From sequence record DRR723986_4815: DNA of 64,000 nt; one strand, written 5' to 3'. Below the pieces are notes generated by a model. That model was given only the letters and a program-made list of their open reading frames with translations. It was not told the origin of the DNA and ran no database searches. This document shows, piece by piece, positions 17,901 to 29,900 of the stretch. Made by a program: the position numbers and the translations under genes. How positions within the stretch are numbered: the first letter of the stretch is position 1; every line of letters begins with the position of its first letter.

Positions 17901-20900
17901 TCGTTGAACTGCTCGATCCCAATGGCAACATTCTTGCCCAGAGTGATAACTCTCTAAGGGAAACAGAGGGGACTGCAAACCGATTTGTAAGCGACAATGG
18001 TGCACAGATTCTTCCGGAGCAGGTACTGCCGCTGACGCAGCAGAACCAGTTTTATCCCGATCTGGATGGCAACGGTGTCGTTGATGATGAAGTCCACTCC
18101 AACGATGATCTCTATTCAACTAATCCGCTCGACGCAGGTATGCGACTGGTTCTGCCGGGAGCCGTTGGTGAAACGAATCAATACTTCATTCGCGTTCGTA
18201 GCAGCAACGTAGGCCCTGGGCAGGATAGTTCTCGACTACAAGACGATTTGCTTGAGCGTGATGGGCTCTCGCAAGGATCGTATCGACTTCAAGTCCGTAT
18301 GCAAGAAGCTGATGAGTTCGCTGGTGCAACCGTGCGTTATGCCGACATTCGATTCGCCACTAATGGTATCGAGGCTCGCGGTATGCCGACTAGTTCACAA
18401 TTGCTGGGCACGCTATCCACTGCGGCATCAACGACACTTGACCTCGGCAACATTGCCAATTCAGACCGAGGAAGCGTAACGGTCGCGGGTTCGATTGATA
18501 CGCCGAACGCGACCAATACGTTTGATTTTGAGATTCGCCGTGACTCGGTGAAGCCCGGCAACGGAGGGCATATTGCCACTACCTTTGACATTGACTACGC
18601 CGATGGTTTCGGGCGTCCAAACACGAGGCTTTGGGTCTTCAATCGTGACTCTGGCGAATTGGTGCTGATTGGCACCGATTCCAATATTGCCGATGATCAA
18701 GGTGCACCACTAAACGGTGTTGACGTTGATGATCTCTCTCGAGGATCGGCCGGAACTCGCGATGCATTCATTGGTACTGTTGAACTGCCAGAGGGCAATT
18801 ACCGTGCAATTGTGACAAATGATAGTCGTATCATTCAAGAGTTCGACCAGTTTCAAGTTGCCAACGCGACCAATCCGAACCTCCGTTTGGAACCTGTTAA
18901 TTCGATTCAACGGATTTCAGTCGACAGGTTTGAGAATCCTTCAACTGAAACGGCGCTACCAGCCGTTCAGACGTTGTTTCCGAACAATGGAGTTTCTAAC
19001 GCCAATGCGGTGCCTTGGACGCTTGCTGATGTTTCGGCTTATACCGTATCCTCCAATTCGCTTGTTCAGCTGGCAAATGCTCACACCGGTGCACGTGAGG
19101 CTTTGCTTAGCACAGCGAACAGAACGATAACCGACGCCGCACTCAGGCCGGACGGAACCTTTGTTGGTTTTGCCCTCCCGAACGGCAATGTGACGGATGC
19201 AAACAGCGGTGATTTCTTGAATTTGGATGTTGAAGGTACACCGAATAGCAACGTTGTTCCTACTATTACCACAACGTTTGGCAACCATGGTATCCAGACG
19301 TTCACAACTCAGCAGAGTGCTTTCGGGGGAAACCCGGCCTTCGCTGTTCAACAGCGTGACCAAGTGCCCGACGCCAACAACCAGCCATTGGGCGATGGTA
19401 TCCAGTTTAACGGGCTCACTTACTTCCATACCAGTGACAACGGACTAAGGATGTTCGGTGTAGGTTCGAGGGGCAACGGTCAGGCTGGATTCCGGACGCC
19501 AACCTTTGACGCAAACGGAGCGGTAAACGGAATCTCCAACACGGTTGTGTTGAATGGTACAAACGTGGTCTACCGACTTGATCCAAACAGCGGGCAGGCA
19601 ATCAACCGTGACGGTTTCGCAAATAGGGCAGCTCCAGCCGTTGCGAATGGGAATCATGCAGGCACGCAAATTGTTGAGTTTGGTCGTTTCCTTTCAGGTG
19701 ATGACGCTGATCAGTTTACTGCGGGTACGGTTACGGGGCTGGCGCAAGTTGGTGGGAACCTTTTCGCTGTTAGCGATCTCGGCGAGTTCTTTGCGACTTC
19801 GATCGGCGGCTTAGGTACCGGTGCAATGACCGGACAGGTTACGAGAGTCTTCGGTGACAATATTATGCGTGGCGTCCCCGAGCTCACCACGATCATAGAT
19901 CCTGAAACCAATCAGCCCGTGGCCTTTACGGGGCTCACATCGGGGCCGCGGAACTTGGAGAATGAGCGGTTTGCCAACATTTTGTTTGGTACAACTAGCG
20001 ATGGCTCCATATATGCATTCAATACCGCTGGCGAGCTTCAACCAGTCTTTCCTGGGTTCTCTTATAAGACGCGAACTGATGGCGGTGACGGAATCGGCAA
20101 TGGTATTGTCGGGCTCGACTTTTCGCCTCTTGATGTAAATCTCTGGCATCAAACAAATCGGCGATCCGGTGATGCTGGGCATGGCCGACCAGCTACGTTT
20201 GATAATTCGCAGCTCAATGACCGGCCCGGTGGGCAATCACTGTACTTCGGGTTCGACCCACAGCGCGTTGAGGGCGACTGGACCGGTGCATACAACGTGG
20301 CAGCATTTGACAACACGGTCGATTTGCCCGGTGGTGCTCGGGGGGCAATTGTTAGTCAGGCATTAGATCTTTCCGGTTACTCGGCCAATGATCTACCGAT
20401 GCTGTACTTCAACTACTTCCTCGCAACGACGGATACCAACGAAGACATAACCACTCAGCAGCGGATGCAAGATGCATTTCGGGTCTATGGGGCTGGTGAG
20501 GATGGCCAATGGCGATTGCTCGCAACCAACAATACACCAAGTGATGCAGGTGCCAATCGGTTGAACGGTCGCGATGAGTTCGACTTCAACGGTGGCAATG
20601 TTGATCCTTTTGGCAATCGAATTCGTACTCAAGAATTATTCGACAACACTGGGAATTGGCGTCAAGCACGCACGTCACTTTCGGCGTTTGCGGGTCAAGA
20701 CAACGTTCGAATTCGCTTCGAATTCAGCACCGGTGCAACCTTTAATACCGGTGACCCGGTTCGTGGCGGCGTCGAGGTAGTCACGGTATCGGCTGATCGC
20801 ACAAGCGATGGCGATTACTTTAAGATCACTCCGCAAAACGGTGTTAGTGATGTTGGGCGCAAGGCCATCGAATTTGATCATGGACTGGTCTTGAATCTAC

Positions 20901-23900
20901 CAAGTGCGGCCAGCTTGGTTGATGGTGTCAGCACGATCAGCATTGATGGCACGGATGTTGTGTTCTCGCTAACCGATAACACTGGGAGCATGATTCAGTA
21001 CGCGGAGGGTGATTCACCGAGCCAGATTGCTGAGAAGGTGGAAGCACGGCTTCCTGCTATTATTGCTGGCGTCCAAGTTGCAATAAACCCCGAACGCCCG
21101 GGCGTAATTGGTGTTCTGGGGCTAGCCGCCAATGATTTCGTGGTTCCGAACTATTCTGTCTCGGAATTAAGCGGTGACGTGATTTCCAGTCTTCCTGGGG
21201 CGGCCGACCACGTAATCGAGACACCCGCAGGTCCAACGCTCCAGTTCTTGGAGGGCTTTGGCGCTCCAGTTCAAATAACTGTAAACGATGTGGTTTACAC
21301 ATTTCGTCAGAACGGGAATGCGGCGAACGATATTCAATATGACCCCGCGGCAACGTCATTCGATATCGCTCAGTTACTGTTCGACCGTCTACAGGCTGAT
21401 CTGGCGCTGATTCAATTCGCGTCGGAGAACGTCCAATTGGTGCCCGAAACAGATATCATTAAGCTCTACGATGCTCCAGGAGGGACCTACGACGACAGCT
21501 TGTCCAGCATTATTTATTCCGTCGACAGCGTGGAGCTGGCACAGGATCTGTCCAGCAACGGAGTGCGTGATGCGGTTCGCCAGCGACTTGCCGATACGTA
21601 CACGAATCCTTTCAGCGTGGGACTTGGTGGGAATCCGCTGGACGCCTGGCCTCTGCTCGGCGCCCAGGGACACGGGATTCGAGTCCACCAGTTTACGATC
21701 AGCGACACTTCGCCAGGCGGCTTAGACACATCAGGTCTGGGAGTCACCGGCTCGCGCGTCGGAGATGCCTTCGGGGTTGAGAAGGGCGCGTTGAGTGATC
21801 GCGACGAGCAAACGCAGAGCAATGCAATCGAAGGTGTTTACATCGATGACATCATTGTCGGCCTGGCAGAACGTGGTGAAATGGTGCTTAGTTCAGCTGG
21901 CGGGCAGACTCAAGTTGACAACCAGCACTATGAAGATTTTCCGGGTTTCAACGAGGTCGAAACGGGGCCTTATCAACTAACTGTTCGGACGAGCGCCGAA
22001 TACGGAATTGGCGGAGGTACCAACTTCAGTCTTAGTCCATTGGTGGGTGCAAGGGCTTTTACGTCGAATGACCGTTTGGGTCAGGAGCTTGGTATTCAGG
22101 TGCGTCAGGATGCGGCTGGGCAGATTGTTGATGGAGTCACTTTCAGTCTGAGCGATGGTGGAGTTCCCGTGACATTTGAATTTGATGTTACGAGCGGGCT
22201 AGATGATCTGGCCAGTGGTGTGGAAGCAGGCAACATTCCTGTTGCGATCAATGCGTCAGACAACACAGTGCAGATTGCGAATGCAATTCTGTCAGCGATC
22301 AATTCGCCAGCGTCTCAGCTGGTGCTTGACCTGACAGCCAGTCTGGAGATGCGCGACACCCCCAATGGACGCCTACCTGTCGTTGCCTTGCACGGAGAAG
22401 CGGCCGCGGATGAATCGGGGGCCTTCACATTTGCTCAAGAGACATTCTTGGAGCCAGTCATATGGGGTGTCGAAACAGGTTTCGGACAAGACACTGCAGA
22501 CTCCGAACGCGAGCGAGCCCAGGGGCAATTGCTCCTCGTGGCAAATACCATTACCGACAGTAGTCAGTGGGGCATTGAGATCACTACAGGGACAAGGAGC
22601 CAGGGCTTCGGAGATGTGGGCAATCGCCCCTATCCTGGTGCTCCTATCAATCTGCCGACGTTAAACACTGATAGCCTGGCTCCCGGGGTTGTTGTGATCA
22701 ACAACATTATCGCGAGCAACGATACCGGTGGCATCAATATTGCCGGGGATCCGGCTGCCGATGCACCTGTTCAGATCGCAAGAGTCCTGAATAACACGAT
22801 CTATGGTGATGGCTCGGGCACAGGTATTCAGATCTCTGGCGATGCATCGCCGACAATCATGAATAACATTCTGGCATCCAATGCAAACGGGGTGACGGGA
22901 CCTGCTGGTAGCACTGCGATCGTGATTGCAAATACCTTCCAGGACAATGGAACCAATAGCAGTGGTGTTTCTCTGGGGTCATTCAACCAGTCACTCGGCT
23001 CGGCTGAACCACTATTTGTCAACACAACCAACCGCCGGTTCTACCTCGCTGAAGGCTCGCCGGCTATTGACGCTTCTTTGGAGGCGCTCCAAGAGCGTCC
23101 CGAATTGGCCCAAGTGCGCAATGCATTAAGTCTGCCCGTCAGCCCAATGCTAGCCCCTGACCTGGATGTGACAGGCCAGCGAAGAGTTGACGATCCGACT
23201 GCTAATTCGCCAGCAGGCCTTGGTGGCAATGTATTCAAGGATCGTGGTGCCGTCGACAGAAGTGACTTCATCGGTCTAGAAGCAGTCATACTGCAGCCGC
23301 AAGACAACGACGCACTTCAGGTTGATCAGGACCGAACGACTACCTACATCCAACTGCAAGAAGGTACGCTTGAGTTCTTCTCGATTTTGTTGCTAGACCG
23401 CAATGGAACAGGGCCTGATCCGAGCACGGTCCTTTCTCGTGCTGTGACTTTGACTGAGAATGGTCGACTTCTGCAGGCCGGTAATGACTACATTTTCGGC
23501 TACAACGCGAACAGCCGTACGATACAGCTCACGCCGGTTGCCGGTATCTGGCGATCAGACAGTGTTTATGAAATTACATTGGCCAACGCAGACTCATTTA
23601 CTTTGGATGTCAGTGATGGCGGAATTGCGCAGGACGGTGAGACTTTCACGATCACTCGCGGAGCGACGACCAATGTTTTCGAACTTGATAGTGATGGCAA
23701 TGTTGCGGACGGATCGATTGCGGTACCGTTTACGATTGATTCGACCGAGTATGAAATCGCCTTGCAGCTAATGAGCGCGATCAACAACTCAGGTATGGCG
23801 GTACGGTCTTACCTGCAGGGCGATGGTGCAGTCACAGTTTCCGGAGCGACAGATGTAGTTTCCGCAGGTGCAACGGTTGTTACACGGCCAGTGGGTGGCA

Positions 23901-26900
23901 TCAGTGACTTAGCTGGGAATCCTCTGTTTGCGAATCGAGTTAACAGTCTAACTCAGTTTACGATCGTTATGCCGGATGTATCCGTCGACTATGGTGACGC
24001 TTCGTTTGACGCAGAAGGGCGTTCCTATCCGACTGTTGCTACTGACGCGACAGGACAGCGAACGCTTGACCCAACTCGAAATGCTCTGCTGCCGGTCGAT
24101 GTTCCGCTACTAGCCTTGGGAGCATTCTCTGATGGTGAAGTAGACGGTCAGCCAAGCGTCGATGCACAGGGCGATGATTCGGCAACAACAACCCTCGCGA
24201 GCACGATCGCGGGAGCAACAGTCGTCAACACCGGAGCGATCCTGCTTGACGTGACCGCAGCACCAACTGACGGTGAAACGTTCACGATTACAGATCCACA
24301 ACTGCGGACAGCTACTTTTGAATTCGACAATGACGGATCCATCGCATTGGGCAACCTGCAGGTTTCCCTACCAGTCGGTGCAACGGCAGAGGATGCAGCC
24401 TCAGCAGTTCGCGACGCGGTCAACGCTGCTGTTGTTGCAGGAGCTGTCGGAGGCCTGTGGGCGTCGACCAACGGAAGTCAAGTAAGCCTGGGTGGTTCGA
24501 GTGACCACGCTCTTGTTACCGGTGCGAGCCTTACAAGGTTGGGCACTGGGACCTTCGATCTGACGATTCCACCGGCAGTTGATGACGGTGATACGATAAC
24601 CGTTTCGGATGGTCGTGGACGGACGGTTACGTTTGAGATCGACGACAATCCAGCCGGAGGCGATGCTTCAGTTGCGGCTGGCAACGTGCCAATCACCCTG
24701 GACCTCGTATCGTCAACTCCGGAGAATATCGCTGCTGCAGCCGCGGAGGCCATCAACGCTGCGGTATCAGCCCGACAGTTGGTCATCGCACCAGTAACCG
24801 TCGATGGCCCAACACTACGTGTTAGCGGAGATGATGAAGATGGCGTTCGGTTCGATGGTTTGTTTAATCCGAATCTGGAACCTGTGCCGGTTGTCGTTAC
24901 TTCCACCGGTGCTGGCGTCCTGGATGCTTGGTTTGACTGGAATGCAGATGGCGACTTTGCCGATCCGGGTGAGCGCGTCGTAACAGACCTGCCGGTGCAA
25001 GCTGGTGAGAATACAGTTTTGGTTTCTACGCCGTCCATCGCGGCAGTTGGAGCCACGTTCGCTAGATTCCGTATTAGTACCACCGGCAACTTACCGTTGG
25101 GTGGTATTGGGATTGGCGGTGAGGTTGAAGATCACTTGATTGAGATCGTCGATGGCGAACCTCCGGTTGCCGTCGATGACAATTACTCGGTTGATGAAGA
25201 CGCGAGTCTGACCGTAGCTGCGCCAGGTGTCTTGGCCAACGATACGGATTCAGACAGTCCGGCGCTGACGGTTCGCGACCAGGATCCTCTGACTCCAGCG
25301 ATTGACGCAGTTCGTGCACCTGAGCATGGCGATTTGGTGCTGAACGCCGATGGTAGCTTCACGTACACGCCGGATCCAGATTTCTTCGGCGAAGATACAT
25401 TCATCTATTACGCCGCGGACGAACGCTTACAAAGCGCCCTTCCTGCGACGGTAACCATCACCGTAAACCCGATCAATGACGCGCCGACGGCGGTTGATGA
25501 CGAAATCACGATACTCGAAGACGAAGTGATTTTGCGCCCCGGCAGCGATTTCACCGGCAATGATTTCAAGGGAGTCGAAGGCACGCCGAGCCAGTTCAAT
25601 GAGCTCGGACAAGATCTAGAGGTGGTTGCGGTTTCGATTATCCATCCACCGGTAGGAGTTTACGGTGGAACGGTTAGTGTTATCGATGACCAGATCACGT
25701 ACGTGCCACCAGCGCACTACAACTCCAATATTGACGGGCCAGCATTGATCCAGGTTACCATCCGTGACAGTGGTGTTGCGGGAGCGGATGAAATGCCGAT
25801 TGAAAGCATCAGCACGCTGACGATCAACATTACCGCCGTCAACGATGCACCTGAGTTCGTCATGCCTGAAACGACTACTGTTGTTGAAGACGCTGGTGCT
25901 GTTGTTGTGGATAATTTCCTGACAGACTTGCGACCTGGGCCGGCCATTGCCACTGATGAATCAGATGGCCCGGCAGTCGCCTTCGAAGATCAGCAGGTGT
26001 CTTATACGGTTACTGCGCTCGACGAAACGTTGTTCACGACGCTTCCAGCCATCGCAGGATCGCTGGATCCGAATCCTGGCCAGCTAACCTATGAGTTGGC
26101 TCCGAATGTTAGTTCTGCTGATCCATTCCCAGAGATCTTGGTCACTGTGACGGCCGTAGATACTGGGCTCGACGGCGGGCCTAACAATGACGTGAACACG
26201 AGTGAGACGCGGACGTTCACGATTATTCCAACGCCGGTAAATGACGCCCCTGAGTTCGATATTCTCGAGCGGGTGGCTTCCTTGGAAGACGAGGGTGTCA
26301 TAACGGTCACAGATTTCATGACGGGGATTCGCCCTGGTCCAGCATCGGCGACCGACGAAGCGGACCAAGTGCTCTCGGTTGTAATCGATGCAGATCCAAC
26401 AGCATTTACAGCGGCAGGGTTCCCGACGATTGATCTGGAAACAGGTGTTCTCACGTACGAAACGGCACCTCATGTCAATCAGTTCACCGGTCAAAACTTC
26501 GTCGTCGAAGTAACGTTGATCGACGATGGCGGTACCGCTCTTGGTGGCGTTGACCGAACATCGAAGTCGTTCACAATCGATGTCACTGAGCTGAATGATG
26601 CTCCTGAGTACGATATGCCAAGTGTCACAAGTGCCTTCCAGGAAGATCCGACTGCGGACCCTGATGCACCGACTATTGTGCCGAACTTTGCCAGTAACAT
26701 CATGCCCGGTCCAGCGGCAGCAATAGACGAAGGTCCAGCTCGCGAAGATCAGCAAGTCAGTTTTGTTGTGCGAGCAATCGACGCAGCAACTGAAGCTCTG
26801 TTCGATCCTGCTTGGCTACCTGCAATCGACGCATCCGGTACGCTCACGTATCGTTTGAACCCTGATGTCAACGAGATGACGCCATTCCCAACCATCTTGG

Positions 26901-29900
26901 TTGAAGTCATCGCGTCTGACACCGGATTGAATGACGATCCATCCGTAGGTGCCAACCGCAATATCAATACGGCAGAGACAAGAACGTTCACAATCTTGCC
27001 AGATCCGATCAATGATGCACCTGAGTTCACCATTCCTGCGACGCTTGACGCTCGCGAAGATCAAGGGGCAACGACTACTGTTGATTTTGTGACTGAAGCC
27101 CGTCCCGGCCCTGTTTCTGCTCTGGACGAGTTGGCCTCGCAAACGCTGACCATTACGGTCGAAGCACTTGATCCGTCAGCATTTACAATGACGGGACAAC
27201 CTGCGATCACGCTCGACCAGGCAACTGGTTTGGGAACGTTGACATTCGAGCTGGCCCCTGACGTCAATAGTCTGACGGGACACGATCTGGGCGTTCGCGT
27301 AACGCTTCAGGACGATGGTGGGACAGTCAATCCTGGCGACGTTGATACAACGATAAAGACATTTACGCTCGTCGTTGACGATGTGAATGATGCCCCGAGC
27401 TTCGATATTGATGTGCCGGAAGTCACTGTTGATGAAGATCAAGAAGACGTGGTGATGGCTAGCCCGACGGTCATCCCAGGCTTTGCCTCAAATATCGTTG
27501 CCGGTCCTTCTACAGCCGTTGATGAAACGACCATACCAGCGACTCAGCAAGTGCTTACGTTTGAGACCCTTTCGGTTTCTGATCCTTCTCTGTTTGCTGT
27601 AGATCCAATGATTACGCCAGATGGCGACCTGGTCTTTACAACGGCGGACAATCAGAACGGAACGGCAGTTGTCGTGGTCCGATTGATGGACAACGGTGAT
27701 GATTCGTCGACTGGTGAAGGTGACGAAAACGTTTCGACCGAAAGTACGTTTACGATCACGTTGCGGCCAATCAACGATGCTCCTGTGTTCTCAATACCAG
27801 ACACGGCGAACAGCATTGAGGACCAGGGATTGGTAACGATTCCTAGCTTCGCAACCGGCATGTTGCCTGGACCAGCCTCAGCAACCGACGAAGCTGGGCA
27901 GCAGTTCACGGTTACTGTCACCGCGGTCGACCCAACAGCCTTCTCGGTTCAACCAACGATCGGTGCCGATGGAACGCTTTCGTTCCAAACAGCACAGGAC
28001 ATCAACTCAAACTCTGGCAAGAGTCTTGAAGTCACTGTCTTCCTGACTGACGATGGAATTGCCGGTCCGCTTCCGCACCGCAACACGTCCGACGTGCAGA
28101 CGTTCACGATTACCACGACTCCAGTGAATGACGAACCAGTCTTCACACTGACACAGTCAACGGTTACGGTGATCGAGGACGTGGAAGAGTTCGAAGGAAC
28201 ACTTAACACGGTGATTCCAGCGTTTGCGACCGACATAGCACCTGGACCTGCAAATGCGACTGATGAAGCGGGCCAAATGGTCAACTTCGAAGTGGTCTCT
28301 GTGACTGCACCGGAGTTGTTCGAAGAAGCTCCAGCAATCGATGCAACGACGGGTGACCTATCCTTCAAGACCGCTCAGCACAAGAACGGCAAATCGGTCG
28401 TCGTTGTGCGTCTAGTCGATGATGGGCCCAACTCGCCGGCACCAAATGACAACACGTCGCGTCTACAGACCTTCACGATTTCGGTAACACCGATCAACGA
28501 TGAACCAGAGTTCTCGTTGCCAAACCAAGTTATCGTTGATGAAGATGGAGGATTGGTTAGTCGTGGGCAGTTCGCAACTGACGTAAGACGTGGTCCGGTA
28601 GGGGCTGATGACGAAAACAGTCAGTTGATTCAGTTCAGCGTTGTGGCTTTGGATCCGACCTCGTTTACAGTTCAGCCGTCAATCGGTGTAGATGGAACAT
28701 TGACATTCCAAACAGCCGAACATGTCAATTCACTCAACGCTGATCTGCGTGTTGTAGCCACTTTGCTGGACAATGGTGCATCTAGTCCTGTGCCGAACGA
28801 CAATACGTCGCCTTCGCAGACGTTTACGATCCAGGTCAATCCAGTTAATGACGCTCCTACGACTGACGACTACGAGATTAGTGGTACAGAAGACGCTCCT
28901 CTGACAATTCAAGCCGCCGATGTGTTGGTTGGCGATGTTGCTGGTCCGACTCCGGACGAGTTGAATCAGAATCTTCGCATTACTCAGGTAGCTCGTACGA
29001 GTCAGAACGGTGGTTCGGTGGTTCCTGTATTTGGTAATCCTGCCGATCCAACTCAGATCACCTCGATCGACTACCTACCGCCTGCGAACTTGGCCGGAAC
29101 TGACTTCATTCTCTACGTCGTTACCGACGATGGTTCCCCAGAGCGAAGCGGAACTGGAACTATAACGATCAGCATCGACGGAGTGAATGATCCACCGCAG
29201 TTCACGCGTGGCGCCGATCAGGCTGCTCCAGAAGATTCTGGTGAAGTTTCGATCGAAGATTGGGCAAGCAACATTTTGGCTGGTCCTCCTTCTGCCGCTG
29301 ATGAGCTTGCGGAGCAAACGGTAACGTTCAACGTTGCTGCAACTGACACAAGTCTCTTTGCAGTTCAGCCAGCGATTAGCTCGGATGGAACGCTCACCTT
29401 CACCCCTGCCAAGGATGCGAACGGTTCCACAACTGTGACCGTTCAGGCTCAGGATGATGGCGCGAGTGCTTTTCCGAACAACAATTTGTCGCCGGTTCAA
29501 ACGTTTACGATTCGCATCAATCCAGTGAACGACGCTCCAGTGTTCACCGCGGGTGGCGACATCGCCGTTGATGAAGATAGTCCAACCTTTGCTGGCAATT
29601 GGGCGACTGACATCGCTCCTGCTGCTGGACTGCTTGACGATCCGCAGACTGCAACTGACGAAGCCACTCAAGGTGTCGACTTTATCATCGCAGTTGATCG
29701 TCCAGAGCTATTCGCAGTACAACCAAGCATCAGCAGTACTGGTGAACTGACGTTTACGCCGGAGGCCGACGCGTTCGGTGAAGCGGTCGTGACGGCAACC
29801 TTGGTGGATCGTGGGCCAAACAACGCAGGTGATGAAAATACTTCGACACCAGCGACCTTCACGGTGACGATCAATCCAATCAACGACCGCCCAGTAGCAG

